A DNA stretch of 55,686 bases from Chitinophaga pinensis. GTDB taxonomy: Bacteria > Bacteroidota > Bacteroidia > NS11-12g > UBA9320. The translations under genes and the position numbers were made by a program. The notes beneath the pieces were generated by a model. That model worked only from the letters and a program-made list of their open reading frames with translations. It had not been told where the DNA came from and made no database searches. The stretch is from NCBI GenBank assembly GCA_945878925.1, contig CAMDXE010000001.1:1-55686 (forward strand), written 5' to 3'. Below are positions 1 to 10,108 of the stretch, piece by piece (the first letter of the stretch is position 1; each line of letters starts with the position of its first letter).

Positions 1-1004
1 GTAGAAAGGTCTAAAAAATTAACTGTACCAAAACGTTCTACTTCGTTGGTATTGGAAGCAAAATCAACCACAGGCTTAGAACTAGGTGCAACGATATTGA
101 TGCAACGTAAAGTGGAGTCGCGACCTAAGCAGTTTTGGCTTTTTAGACGAACGCAGTTGGTTCCGGCAGTATTAAAAATATGAGTAGCGTTGGTTGTGTT
201 GTATTCAATTGACCCATTGTCGTCGATATCCCACTGATGTGCAATATAGCCTGTTGGGTTAGAGTTGGTCATTTTAACAGGGGTTCCTAAATAGGCGGTG
301 CTTGGCATATAAAATCCAGCAGCAAGGCTCGCAGGGTTAGCCAAGGTTATGGTATAATCTTCTTGTTCGCCATAATAATGGTATGGGCTTCCAGAGCCAC
401 CCATAGGGCAGCTTCCCGATGCACCCATAGTATAGCTATAGGACGTAATAATTCTCATTCGAGTTTTTCCTGGGCTTACTCCACAAGGAATCGTGAACGT
501 ATTTTCCATTATAGCTCCACCAACGCCTTTTGCATTGCCCGACACTGGGTTGCCCCATCCGGTAGCAATGTATTCGCTAGCGCTAAAGGTTCCATCTCGG
601 TTAATGTCTATCCATGCCGCTAGGTTAATAGCATACCCGTTGTAAACAGTGGTATTGTTGTAAGTCATACTCACACTAATACCAAGGGTATATTTAGACC
701 CACTTGATAAGGTAAAAGCTGGTGTGCTAGAAATTAATGTAAACCCATTACCAGCCGCATTGGGCGTACTAGAAGTGGTGTTACACCCGTCAGCAGCTTT
801 GGCGTAAATAAGATTTTTGGAAATGTCTTTGATTTGAACCTGTTCGGTGGTTCCATAATCGTAGTTTAAATTGCACCCATAGTAGGAATAGGGTGTGCAA
901 TAGGATTGTGCAAAGCTTTGGTTTAAGGCAGCAGAGCCAAAAACTCCCAGTAGGATTAGGATGAGTCCTAAAACGTTTTGTTTAAGAGTAAAATTTTTCA
1001 TCAT
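1..1004 (-). CDS. Secreted GEVED-domain / PKD-like repeat protein, N-terminal part (C-terminus runs off the window start)
   Basis: Hand translation of the minus strand from ATGATG at 1004 is stop-free down to position 1. It gives an MMKNFTLKQNVLGLILILLGVFGSAALNQSFAQ signal peptide, YHYYGEQEDYTITL (GEVED-type motif), then HQWDIDDNGSIEYNTTNATHIFNTAGTN (PKD-like start). It is absent from the ORF track because there is no stop in the window. Confidence 0.75.
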   Translation of the reverse strand, partial: MMKNFTLKQNVLGLILILLGVFGSAALNQSFAQSYCTPYSYYGCNLNYDYGTTEQVQIKDISKNLIYAKAADGCNTTSSTPNAAGNGFTLISSTPAFTLSSGSKYTLGISVSMTYNNTTVYNGYAINLAAWIDINRDGTFSASEYIATGWGNPVSGNAKGVGGAIMENTFTIPCGVSPGKTRMRIITSYSYTMGASGSCPMGGSGSPYHYYGEQEDYTITLANPASLAAGFYMPSTAYLGTPVKMTNSNPTGYIAHQWDIDDNGSIEYNTTNATHIFNTAGTNCVRLKSQNCLGRDSTLRCINIVAPSSKPVVDFASNTNEVERFGTVNFLDLS

Positions 1005-1039
1005 ATAGTTTTATTATTTTATCGAATAATTACAGTGTT

Positions 1040-1047
1040 CAAACATA
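1040..1047 (-). promoter_or_regulatory. Candidate Bacteroidota -7 box (TATGTTTG on minus strand) for the GEVED gene
   Basis: Plus-strand CAAACATA is the reverse complement of TAnnTTTG. It lies 36-43 nt upstream of the ATG at 1004. Confidence 0.35.
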
Positions 1048-1060
1048 TGAATTCTGGTGA

Positions 1061-1068
1061 TATATTTG
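1061..1068 (+). promoter_or_regulatory. Candidate -7 box TATATTTG upstream of the helicase gene
   Basis: Matches TAnnTTTG and lies 92 nt upstream of the ATG at 1160. The distance is long, so support is weak. Confidence 0.25.
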
Positions 1069-1159
1069 ACATATTATTATAAAAAGGTTGCACGTTAGGG
1101 GTAGTTATTTTACTTTGACGCATGTAATTGTATGATAATCAAGTATAAATAATAATTTA

Positions 1160-4100
1160 ATGACAAAAAAAATGACCTTAAATACGGCACAAAATGAGGC
1201 CGTAGAAGAAATAGATGGACCATTAATGACCATTGCTGGACCGGGAACGGGCAAAACACAACTTTTAAGTGCTCGAGTTGGTTCTATTTTGAATAAAACG
1301 GATTTGCTGCCCGAAAATATACTTTGCCTTACCTTTACCGACGCGGCTACAGTGGCTTTAAGAAAACGCTTAATTGAATTTATGGGGGCACAGGCCCATA
1401 GAGTTCCCATATTTACGTTTCATTCTTTTTGTCAAAAAGTAATATCCGATTATCAAAATGAGATGGACATTTTATCTCTAGAACCTATTTCGGATTTAGA
1501 ATCTATTGAATTTTATAATAAAATAATTGATCAATTAGAATTTGGAAATCCTTTAAAAAATTATAAAGTTCCTTATAGGGAAAGAAAAGATTTAAAAGAA
1601 CTGAACCGATTATTAAAACAAGAACAATTAACCAAAGAAGTTATTTATGAAAGTATAAAAAAATTAATAGACGAATTGCCATTTAAGGAAGGAATGACCT
1701 ATAAAATAAATAGGGGAAATAATAAAAAGGGAGATTTAAAATTGAACGAGTACAACAAGGTATTAGAGCAATTTGAAAAATTAAAATCTGCCATTCAGGC
1801 TTGTTACGATTACAGGCAATTATCATCCGAAAATGGCCGTTACGATTTTGATGATATGATTTTGTGGGTTATTGATTTTTTAAGAAAGAATGAATATGCT
1901 TTGCTCCGCTATCAGGAGCATTACCAATATATAATGGTGGATGAATATCAGGATACAAACAAAGCCCAAAACGAATTGATGCTGTTGCTGGCCTCCTATT
2001 GGGATAGTCCAAATATTATGGTTGTGGGCGACGACGACCAATCCATTTACCGATTTCAGGGAGCTAATGTTGAAAATTTGCAAGATTTTGAAAATCGGTT
2101 TGCTCCTGATTTACAAAAAGTGGTGTTGAGTGAAAACTACCGTTCGTCACAACCCATATTGGATGCAGCCAGTCGGGTTATAAATAAAAACACAGTTCGC
2201 CTCATTGCCGATAAAAAATTAGAATCAAAAAACCCTGATATAAAATCGAGCGAGCCACCGCTGGTAGTAGAATGCCCAAACCAAATGTATGAAGCGGCTT
2301 TTATAGTAAACGAAATATTAAAAGCCAAAGCCGAAGGTGTTCCATTATCAGAAATAGCAGTGATATACCGAAACCACAGCCAGGTAGATGTAATAAAAGA
2401 CTACTTAGGTTTAAAAAATATTCCCTACTATTTAAAAAAACGGATGGACGTTTTAAGCATTCCATTTACGGCCAATATTATTGAATTGCTATATTATATA
2501 GGTGATGAAAAAATAAAACCCTACTCGGGCGAACACCGCTTATTTAAAATTTTACATTTTGATTTTTGGGAAATTGCCCCAGCCGATATTGCCAAATTGG
2601 CTTTTTATTTAAAAGAAGAAAAACTGAAATGGCGGGATGCCCTTAATGGAATTTGCGATAATGAAATTTTAAAAAAAATAATATCAAACGAATCATTACT
2701 TAAAATTATAAAATTAGCCTCTGATATTGAATACTGGATTGGCAAAACCTTTAATTTTACACTGCAACAATTGCTTGAAAAAGTGATTGCCAAAGGGGGC
2801 ATTTTAAGTTATGTAATGCAAGCAAACAATAAATTGTTTTTACTTCAGGCATTGCAAACTTTTTTTGATTACCTAAAAGGAGAAACTCGAAAACGGCCAA
2901 CCCTTCAACTCGAAGCATTTCTAAAAACCATAAAATTAATGCAGGAGAATGGAATTGCATTGGAAGCCGAAGAAATTATTGAAAAAAGCGATGGGGTAAA
3001 TTTGCTAACAGCCCATTCGAGCAAAGGTTTGGAATTTGAAATGGTTTTCGTAATAGGTTGCAACACTAAATTGTGGGATAAAACTATAGACCGCTTGCCT
3101 TTCCGCATTCGCGAAGTGATAGTGCCAGCTTCGGTCAACTCACTATTGGAAGAAAACCGCCGCTTGTTTTATGTGGCCTGCACCCGTGCCAAATCGTATT
3201 TAACTATAATGTATAACAACACCGATTTAGCTGAAAAAGACCAACAGGAATCGGTGTTTGTAACTGAATTTTTAGAGTCGGGCATCCCTCAAAAAATTAA
3301 GGCTCAAATAACCAATGAACAAATTAGCGAAATTCAAATTTCACTGTTTGGAGAGGATACAGATGATAAGGATTTTGAACCCCTTGACAAGGATTTTTTA
3401 AATAAATTTACCGATAACTTTGTGCTTAGTGCCACCCATTTGGATAATTATTTGGATTGCCCAATAAAATTTTATTATCGCAATTTATTACAAATTCCTT
3501 CGGCCAAAACCGGCCCCTTAAGTTTTGGGAATGCCATTCATAGGGCACTTGAGCTTTTTTTTAAAGCCATGTTAAATCATCCTGAAAAAAAATACCCAAA
3601 CATAGCACAATTGGTATCGGGCTTTAAATTTGATTTAGAAAAACATGCCGATTCGTTTAGTCCACAAGATTTTGCGCGAACACTTGAATACGGTACCGAA
3701 AAGATATTGCCACAGTTATACACTTCATTTATCAACGAATGGGAGGAAAACAAAAATCGCGAACCCGAAAAAAATGTGGCCGACATAGTGGTAAATGAGG
3801 TTCCTATAAAAGGCAAGCTTGATCAATTGGTATTTCACGACAAGGCCACTGTGCATGTCATCGATTTTAAAACGGGGAAATTTAGCAGCGAAAAACGGAA
3901 ACTTTTAGAGCCGCCTGTCCTAAACATCAACCCCGAGGATGCAAGCCCCGAAGAGCTGTATGGAGGTAATTACTGGCGACAAATAGCATTTTATCATTTG
4001 TTGATTAACAACGATAAATTGCACAATTACAAAACTTTATCGGGCGAAATGTTTTTTGTGGAGCCCGATACAAAAGGAAATTACGCCCGAGAAAAGATAT

Positions 4101-4285
4101 TTATTAGCGACGATGAACTTCGATTTATGGAAAAATTAATTAGTGAAGTGTATTCTAAAATAAAGAATCATGAATTTAGTAAAGGCTGCGGAAAAAAGGA
4201 CTGTGAATGGTGCAATTTTAACACCTATTATTTAGGTAAGCGAAAGTATAGCCATCCCCAATTATTAGAAAACAATGAATACTAA
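1160..4285 (+). CDS. UvrD/Rep-family (SF1) helicase fused to a C-terminal PD-(D/E)XK, Cas4/AddB-like 4-Cys nuclease domain
   Basis: Helicase motifs present: Walker A AGPGTGKTQ, motif II DEYQDT, VGDDDQSIYRFQGA, SENYRS, TAHSSKGLEFEMVFV and RRLFYVACTRAK. The C-terminus has YLDCPIKFYY plus KGCGKKDCEWCNF (C...C-x4-C-x2-C). Confidence 0.85.
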   Translation: MTKKMTLNTAQNEAVEEIDGPLMTIAGPGTGKTQLLSARVGSILNKTDLLPENILCLTFTDAATVALRKRLIEFMGAQAHRVPIFTFHSFCQKVISDYQNEMDILSLEPISDLESIEFYNKIIDQLEFGNPLKNYKVPYRERKDLKELNRLLKQEQLTKEVIYESIKKLIDELPFKEGMTYKINRGNNKKGDLKLNEYNKVLEQFEKLKSAIQACYDYRQLSSENGRYDFDDMILWVIDFLRKNEYALLRYQEHYQYIMVDEYQDTNKAQNELMLLLASYWDSPNIMVVGDDDQSIYRFQGANVENLQDFENRFAPDLQKVVLSENYRSSQPILDAASRVINKNTVRLIADKKLESKNPDIKSSEPPLVVECPNQMYEAAFIVNEILKAKAEGVPLSEIAVIYRNHSQVDVIKDYLGLKNIPYYLKKRMDVLSIPFTANIIELLYYIGDEKIKPYSGEHRLFKILHFDFWEIAPADIAKLAFYLKEEKLKWRDALNGICDNEILKKIISNESLLKIIKLASDIEYWIGKTFNFTLQQLLEKVIAKGGILSYVMQANNKLFLLQALQTFFDYLKGETRKRPTLQLEAFLKTIKLMQENGIALEAEEIIEKSDGVNLLTAHSSKGLEFEMVFVIGCNTKLWDKTIDRLPFRIREVIVPASVNSLLEENRRLFYVACTRAKSYLTIMYNNTDLAEKDQQESVFVTEFLESGIPQKIKAQITNEQISEIQISLFGEDTDDKDFEPLDKDFLNKFTDNFVLSATHLDNYLDCPIKFYYRNLLQIPSAKTGPLSFGNAIHRALELFFKAMLNHPEKKYPNIAQLVSGFKFDLEKHADSFSPQDFARTLEYGTEKILPQLYTSFINEWEENKNREPEKNVADIVVNEVPIKGKLDQLVFHDKATVHVIDFKTGKFSSEKRKLLEPPVLNINPEDASPEELYGGNYWRQIAFYHLLINNDKLHNYKTLSGEMFFVEPDTKGNYAREKIFISDDELRFMEKLISEVYSKIKNHEFSKGCGKKDCEWCNFNTYYLGKRKYSHPQLLENNEY

Positions 4286-4373
4286 GTGCTTATAAAAGTT
4301 TCGGAATCGGTTGAAGTCTTATTTCTTTTCATCTATTTTTGGCAAGAAGCCTTGGGTTTTGGTTCAAAATTTC

Positions 4374-4381
4374 TACCTTTG
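4374..4381 (+). promoter_or_regulatory. Candidate -7 box TACCTTTG
   Basis: Matches TAnnTTTG and lies 20 nt upstream of the ATG at 4402. Confidence 0.45.
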
Positions 4382-4401
4382 TAGAATTATTCTAAATAAC
4401 G

Positions 4402-4965
4402 ATGAACGCTACTGATTTAGTAAATGTATATGCCGAAGCGACTCCTAATCCGGGAAGCATGAAATTTGTGATCAATCGAATGATTTGTCCAAACGAAAGT
4501 GTTGATTTTCGAAAGGCCGAAGATGTAAAAAGTAGCCCCTTGGCCATCGCCCTTTTTGAATTGCCATACGTAAAGGGAATTTTTATAATGAATAATTTTA
4601 TAACCGTTACCAAATCGGACGAATTCGAATGGGTTGATTTGATTTCGGATTTGCGTCAGTTCCTTAAAGACTATATTGAAGCAGGCAAAGTAGTTTTGGA
4701 AAAAAGGGTAGAGCTAACAGAAGAAGAAGAAAGCGGTGTTATTGTTAAAATCAAAAAATTATTAGAAGATCATGTTAAGCCAGCCGTTGAAATGGATGGG
4801 GGCGCCATCGATTTCAAAAAATTTGAAAATGGGGTAGTTACGGTTACCATGAAGGGGTCGTGCAGCGGGTGTCCGTCGTCGACGCTAACCTTAAAAGCTG
4901 GAATCGAAAATTTGTTGAAGCGCATGGTTCCAGAAGTGGAAGCCGTAGAAGCTGAGGCCGTATAA
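4402..4965 (+). CDS. Nfu/NifU-type Fe-S cluster scaffold/carrier protein (Nfu_N plus NifU C-terminal domain)
   Basis: Contains the CSGCPSSTLTLKAGIENLLK motif typical of the NifU C-terminal domain, plus an N-terminal Nfu_N-like region. Confidence 0.8.
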   Translation: MNATDLVNVYAEATPNPGSMKFVINRMICPNESVDFRKAEDVKSSPLAIALFELPYVKGIFIMNNFITVTKSDEFEWVDLISDLRQFLKDYIEAGKVVLEKRVELTEEEESGVIVKIKKLLEDHVKPAVEMDGGAIDFKKFENGVVTVTMKGSCSGCPSSTLTLKAGIENLLKRMVPEVEAVEAEAV

Positions 4966-4978
4966 TAAAAAATCAGTA

Positions 4979-4998
4979 AAACGATTTAGCCATCGTTT
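4979..4998. terminator. Hairpin between convergent genes (aaacgat-ttagcc-atcgttt)
   Basis: A 7-bp stem with a 6-nt loop in the 45-bp gap between the stop of the Nfu gene and the stop of the minus-strand gene. The flanks are A/T-rich. Confidence 0.4.
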
Positions 4999-5010
4999 AA
5001 TAATAGGGCA

Positions 5011-6921
5011 TTATCGTATCAGGTGCACAATGCCTTTTTGGAAATTTTTATCGCCTGCCGAGCAATTTGATTTTGCATGTAGGCTCCAAATATAAACTCC
5101 GTTTTCGCAAAGCTTATTTTCATAAAAGCCATTCCAAGCCTTATTGGGATCTGAAGTTTCAAAAAGTTTTTGACCCCAACGGTTAAATATTACAAACCGA
5201 TAAAAAGTAAACGATTCGATATCCGAAACGGGTTTAAATTCTTCGTTCAAACCATCGTGAGTTGGCGTAAATGCATTGGCTACGCTTACATTGCCAGCCC
5301 CCTCATACACTTTCACTTCCACGCTATCGCTTGCCTTAAAATTGCATAACTTGTCGCGCACCGTAACTAGGTATTTCCCAGATGACGATATGAGTATGGT
5401 TGATGATATAGCGCCCGTATTCCATAGGGTGCTATAATTAAGGGTGTCGTTAATATTTGTTTTTAAATAAAAGGTATCGTTATTGCAAATTTCGAGAAGA
5501 GGTGAGCCAAGATCAACGCTTAGGGCTTTGCGTTTAAATACGCTAAGGGTGTCGCGGTTCGAGCAGTTTTTATTACGCGACCAAACGCAGTATGTTCCTG
5601 CTTGGGTGGCGCGTAAATTCATGAGAGTATCGCCTGTTGGGAGCCCATCTTTATACCAAGTGTATGAGCTGGCTAGCTCCTTGGCTCGCAAAATTATATC
5701 TACTTGGCCACATACAGTGGTGTCGGCTCCTAAATTTATTTTTGGCAAGGGTTCTAATACTAGATTAATGGTATCTCTTTTTTTGCATCCGTTGCGGTCA
5801 ATTTCTAGCCAATACAAGCCTGTTTTTTTTGCAATTAATGTATCTGCCGTCGAGCCATTCGACCATTGATAGCTATCGAATACTCTATTTTTTATTTTTA
5901 AAATTCTGTGAAGAGAATCGCCACAGTAAAGGGTGTCTTTTCCAATAGAGATATCAGCCACACCAGGCAATATTTTTTTAACATCAATAAAATAACCGCA
6001 ATTTGTAAACACCTTTACTTCGTAGGTTCCAAAGGTAGTGACCGTTATTTTTTGAGAGGTATCGGCAAGTTTTACGCCATCTTTATACCACTCTACAAAT
6101 CGGCCTGGATTGCCCGCGTCTAATATGAGATCAAAATTTTCTTTGCAAATAAACGTATCCTTGCCAATACTGGTTTTGTGCTGAAAGCTTCCAGCCTCAA
6201 TAAACACATAAGAATCTAATCGAAAATCGCCCACATCGGCTATAGCCAATTTAATGGTATACGGGCTGCAGGCTTCTAATTTTAAATTTGCAGTTAGATG
6301 AGTAGTGTAGCCATCGGCCTGAAGGGTTTTTTCGCCTAAAAGATTAAGGTTGAAAAACTGAGAGTTTCGCAAATGATTAATATTGTCGATGCTCACAGGC
6401 AATGTTTTGCCCGGAACCAGCGCCACATTTTGTTCGCCAACAATACCAGGACCGCTTATAAAAAATCCAAAAATATCGCTCACATTTTGATCAACAAATT
6501 CGATATATTCTTCGGAGGCAAAAATATAGTTGAAAACAATATCTTCTGTTTGGGGGGTAAATTTAAACTGTAAAGTGGCCGCATCATAGGTTGGCTGACT
6601 GGCGTATTTATTTAATAATGCGCTTCCTGCAGTTTGAAGTTCGGAGGTAGATTTATTGCCAGCGTCATTCGGGCCCTTTGCCCCAACCGCAATACCGGTT
6701 GAAAGGATAATACCAGCGTCCATTTTTAGCTTGCTCGTTAACCCATTTTCAAAAAATCCACACGAACGACTATGGCCTGTATAAATTATCGAATCGGTAG
6801 CTATACCTTTTCCCATCAATACATTGGTTACTAAAATATAGGGATTGGCCTCTCCAACAATTAGTTGAGATTTTGCTGAAATCGAAACAGCAATAATGCA
6901 GAGCAAAAGCCAATGTTTCAT
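5011..6921 (-). CDS. Choice-of-anchor-L domain surface protein with T9SS type B (gliding-motility-associated) C-terminal sorting domain
   Basis: The N-terminus has GIILSTG, DAATLQFKF, FNYIFASEEYIEF, SDIFGFFISG and NVALVPG (choice-of-anchor L pattern). The C-terminus has NAFTPTHDGLNEEFKP...FNRWGQKLFE...WNG (type B sorting domain). The start is placed at MKHWLLLCIIAVSISAKSQ (6921) rather than the ORF-track start at 6990. Confidence 0.8.
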   Translation of the reverse strand: MKHWLLLCIIAVSISAKSQLIVGEANPYILVTNVLMGKGIATDSIIYTGHSRSCGFFENGLTSKLKMDAGIILSTGIAVGAKGPNDAGNKSTSELQTAGSALLNKYASQPTYDAATLQFKFTPQTEDIVFNYIFASEEYIEFVDQNVSDIFGFFISGPGIVGEQNVALVPGKTLPVSIDNINHLRNSQFFNLNLLGEKTLQADGYTTHLTANLKLEACSPYTIKLAIADVGDFRLDSYVFIEAGSFQHKTSIGKDTFICKENFDLILDAGNPGRFVEWYKDGVKLADTSQKITVTTFGTYEVKVFTNCGYFIDVKKILPGVADISIGKDTLYCGDSLHRILKIKNRVFDSYQWSNGSTADTLIAKKTGLYWLEIDRNGCKKRDTINLVLEPLPKINLGADTTVCGQVDIILRAKELASSYTWYKDGLPTGDTLMNLRATQAGTYCVWSRNKNCSNRDTLSVFKRKALSVDLGSPLLEICNNDTFYLKTNINDTLNYSTLWNTGAISSTILISSSGKYLVTVRDKLCNFKASDSVEVKVYEGAGNVSVANAFTPTHDGLNEEFKPVSDIESFTFYRFVIFNRWGQKLFETSDPNKAWNGFYENKLCENGVYIWSLHAKSNCSAGDKNFQKGIVHLIR

Positions 6922-7076
6922 AAACCCGACTTGTTTTTTAGAAATACATTTACAAAGAAAGATAATTATTAGGCCAAAAAAGTTGCACAAGTATTAATGA
7001 ATCCACCTTGTTGGCGGATTATCACATAAAATGGACACAGATTATTTCAAATAATGTGATTAAAGCTTAAAAAAAG

Positions 7077-7084
7077 TATGTTTG
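7077..7084 (+). promoter_or_regulatory. Candidate -7 box TATGTTTG abutting the start codon
   Basis: Matches TAnnTTTG and ends 4 nt before the ATG at 7089, implying a leaderless or near-leaderless mRNA. Confidence 0.4.
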
Positions 7085-7088
7085 TAGA

Positions 7089-7748
7089 ATGAAACAAATT
7101 TTTACGCTAGTTGGATTGTTCTTGTGCATGATGGGGTATTCGCAGTCTGTTTTTCTGCCGGCATCGGCTCGCAATGAACATTTTTGTACCGAATTTGATA
7201 TTGTGGTACACAGTAAATTTACCAATAATTTTAATACTAATAAACTTAAATTCATTCGAATACAAAAAATAGTATCCTCAAAATGGACTACAGCCTATTG
7301 CGATTGCGACTTGTGCCATGATATAAAAACCGATACCGCAAAATTTGAGCTGGCAATTGGGGCATCATGCGAAACATCGGCTCATTTTTATCCCGATTCA
7401 TCCAAAGGAATTGGGCTCGTAAAAATTAAAGTTTTTCCTGAAAACGATCCAGCAACGTTTGTTATTGGCGAATATCAGGCGAGCTGCTGGGGCTTATCGG
7501 CCACCTTTATCGAAAAAAACAAATTGGCTTTATCGCCTAATCCTGCCAATACAGTGTTGAATATAGGCTTTGGTTCGGGCGAACCTTATAATATAAGTAT
7601 TCTATCAAGCGATGGCAAAATGGTGGTAAAAGAAGAAGTAATTACTTTAACCAATTCCCTCGATATTTCGCTCTACCATTCGGGATTGTATACTGTAAAG
7701 GTAGAAAGTGGCGGAAAGGTGTTTTATTCTAAATTTATAAAACGCTAG
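7089..7748 (+). CDS. Small secreted protein with T9SS type A C-terminal sorting domain
   Basis: Has a signal peptide MKQIFTLVGLFLCMMGYSQ. The C-terminus LSPNPANTVLNI...LYTVKVESGGKVFYSKFIK is typical of Por/T9SS tails. Confidence 0.7.
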   Translation: MKQIFTLVGLFLCMMGYSQSVFLPASARNEHFCTEFDIVVHSKFTNNFNTNKLKFIRIQKIVSSKWTTAYCDCDLCHDIKTDTAKFELAIGASCETSAHFYPDSSKGIGLVKIKVFPENDPATFVIGEYQASCWGLSATFIEKNKLALSPNPANTVLNIGFGSGEPYNISILSSDGKMVVKEEVITLTNSLDISLYHSGLYTVKVESGGKVFYSKFIKR

Positions 7749-7763
7749 CCGAACAGAGCGGTC

Positions 7764-8726
7764 TTAGTATAAATTTTTAATAAGCTCGTTAATGCTTATT
7801 CCTTCGGCTTCGGCTTTATAATTTTTCAATACACGGTGTCGCAAAACGGATTCGGCAATGGCTTGAACATTTTCGATATCTGGCGAATATTTACCTTGCA
7901 TTAAGGCATGGCATTTGGCTCCCATAATGAGGTATTGACTTGCCCGTGGGCCAGCCCCATAGCTAACATATTTGTTTACCTGAGCCGTGGCCATTGGATA
8001 GCCGGGCCGGGTTTTACTTACCAACTTTACAGCGTATTCGTACACATTGTCGGCCACCGGAACTTTGCGTATTAGATCTTGAAAATATAGTATTTCTTTG
8101 GCTCCAAACACTTTAGTAGGGATGGTGGTTTTGTCGGTAGTGGTATTTTTAACTACTAATATTTCTTCTTCAAAACTTGGATAATCTAAATAAAGATTAA
8201 GCATAAATCTATCCAATTGCGCTTCGGGCAAAGGGTAGGTTCCTTCTTGTTCTATAGGATTTTGCGTAGCCAAAACAAAAAATGGGTTTGGCAGCTTGTG
8301 ATTGGTCCCCCCTACGGTAACCGTTTTTTCCTGCATGGCTTCTAAAAGTGCAGCTTGCGTTTTGGGAGGCGTTCGGTTTATTTCGTCGGCCAAAATAATA
8401 TTGGCAAATAAGGGTCCTTTCGAAAATCTAAAATTTTTGTGATCATCCAAAATTTCGGAGCCTGTAATATCGCCTGGCATTAAATCGGGGGTAAATTGAA
8501 TGCGATTGAAACTTAAATCTAAGGATTCAGAAATGGTTTTTACCAAAAGGGTTTTAGCTAATCCGGGCACGCCTACTAATAAACTATGACCCCTGCAAAA
8601 AATCGAAGTTAACACTCCGTCTACTACCGTATCTTGCCCAACGATTACACGAGCAATCTCAGATTTTAAGGTTTTAATATGTGCTTTAAATGCTTCGGCT
8701 GCCTCTACTTCGTTTTTAAATTCCAT
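7764..8726 (-). CDS. MoxR-family AAA+ ATPase (AAA_3)
   Basis: Has Walker A GVPGLAKT, Walker B ILADEINR, and LEAMQE...ATQNPIEQEGTYPLPEAQLDRF. Confidence 0.9.
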   Translation of the reverse strand: MEFKNEVEAAEAFKAHIKTLKSEIARVIVGQDTVVDGVLTSIFCRGHSLLVGVPGLAKTLLVKTISESLDLSFNRIQFTPDLMPGDITGSEILDDHKNFRFSKGPLFANIILADEINRTPPKTQAALLEAMQEKTVTVGGTNHKLPNPFFVLATQNPIEQEGTYPLPEAQLDRFMLNLYLDYPSFEEEILVVKNTTTDKTTIPTKVFGAKEILYFQDLIRKVPVADNVYEYAVKLVSKTRPGYPMATAQVNKYVSYGAGPRASQYLIMGAKCHALMQGKYSPDIENVQAIAESVLRHRVLKNYKAEAEGISINELIKNLY

Positions 8727-8743
8727 TTAATAAGTGTTTTATT

Positions 8744-10108
8744 TTAGTCCTTCCAGCGTTTCATTTCTTGGCATGCGGTATAGCTCGGCTCGATATGGAT
8801 ATAAACCGTTTTCTTAAATTTATTGGCCCAATCGTCCATAACCTTTTGTTTCTTTTGTTCCAAAGCGAAGGCTTGAATTTTTTGATAATCATCTTTCATA
8901 TTGGCTTGATGGGGTTTGGTTTCCGATTTTAAATATAAAATTCTATAGGCCGACGAACCATCCGAAGCTTGTATGGGTGTTGGCAATGAAAATTCGCCTA
9001 GTTTCATTTTTTGCACTTGTAAAACCACATCCTTATCCAACAATTCGATGGCTACGCGATTTGATCCAACATTGGGGTCGGTAAAAAAACCACAATTCGA
9101 TTTAGTGGCTTCGTCTTCGCTATATTTTCCGGCAGCTTGACAAAAGGTTAAAGAATCCGTTTTTATTTTAACGATTAAGCCTTTTAAAAATTTCTCAGTT
9201 TCGGCCAAGTCTCTCGAAATTATGGGAGCCTTTATTAATATATGGCGAATGTTTATTCGGTCGCCCTTTCGGTCAATGAGTTTTAAAATATGATAGCCAT
9301 ATTGAGTTTCGATGATGGGCGATATAGAATCGGGTTTCAATTTGAAAGCCATCGATTCGAAAGCTGCTACCATTTCGCCGCGTTTAAAATAGCCTAATTC
9401 GCCTCCATTAATGGCCGAGCCTTTATCGTCGCTAAAACTTTTAGCCGTTAAATCAAAATTGCGTTTTCCCGAAATTATTTCTTCACGGTATTTTTTAAGG
9501 GTTTGGTAGGCGTCGTCTTTGGCAAATTGATTGGGCTTGGGGATTATTACAATCTGCCCTAATTCTACTTCGGCGCCAAAAAGTGGCAGACTGTCCGTAG
9601 GTATTTCATCAAAGTATTTTTTTACTTCGGTTGGCGAAACTTTCACCGCATCCATCATTTTTTTTTGCACCTCTTGCACTTGCATCTGCTGCATAATTCG
9701 AGGCTTCATCTCCTCTTTATATTGTATTATAGGCTTGCCAAGGTATTCTTCGAGGCGCTTTTCATCGCCAATTTGAGATACAAAATAGCGTATTTTTCTA
9801 TCCATCTCATATTCTATCTGTTCATCGGCAATAACCACACTGTCTAATTCTGCTTTATGAAGCATTAGCTTTTGCAAAACAAGTTGATTTAATATTTCGC
9901 ATTTCAAATCGCCTTTGAAACTGGTGTATTGATCCTTAACTTGCAAGTACTCGGCTTCCCATTCCGATTTTAAGATTATATTATCGCCAATTACGGCCGC
10001 CACTTCTTCCAATACTTGTTTGGGTTGTGCAGTTGCGGCCATGCCGCTTAGCAAAATCATGGGCAGTATAATTTTACCCAAATTTTTTATGGATATTAGA
10101 TTAATCAT
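8744..10108 (-). CDS. Periplasmic SurA-like peptidyl-prolyl isomerase (parvulin)
   Basis: Has a signal peptide, a SurA_N-like region and a parvulin signature (GGELGYFKRGEMVAAFE...YGYHILKLI). Confidence 0.8.
   Translation of the reverse strand: MINLISIKNLGKIILPMILLSGMAATAQPKQVLEEVAAVIGDNIILKSEWEAEYLQVKDQYTSFKGDLKCEILNQLVLQKLMLHKAELDSVVIADEQIEYEMDRKIRYFVSQIGDEKRLEEYLGKPIIQYKEEMKPRIMQQMQVQEVQKKMMDAVKVSPTEVKKYFDEIPTDSLPLFGAEVELGQIVIIPKPNQFAKDDAYQTLKKYREEIISGKRNFDLTAKSFSDDKGSAINGGELGYFKRGEMVAAFESMAFKLKPDSISPIIETQYGYHILKLIDRKGDRINIRHILIKAPIISRDLAETEKFLKGLIVKIKTDSLTFCQAAGKYSEDEATKSNCGFFTDPNVGSNRVAIELLDKDVVLQVQKMKLGEFSLPTPIQASDGSSAYRILYLKSETKPHQANMKDDYQKIQAFALEQKKQKVMDDWANKFKKTVYIHIEPSYTACQEMKRWKD

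Noticed and set aside
363-623. An 86-aa plus-strand ORF. Many similar 60-130-aa ORFs lie antisense to or inside large genes, for example 1105-1410, 5483-5869, 9531-9776, 26680-27057, 27370-27723, 35301-35618, 49714-50034 and 51510-51815.
   Set aside because: They lie entirely within, and opposite to or out of frame with, long ORFs that have strong family signatures. Their translations are low-complexity or Cys/Arg/Ser-rich shadow sequences with no recognisable motifs.
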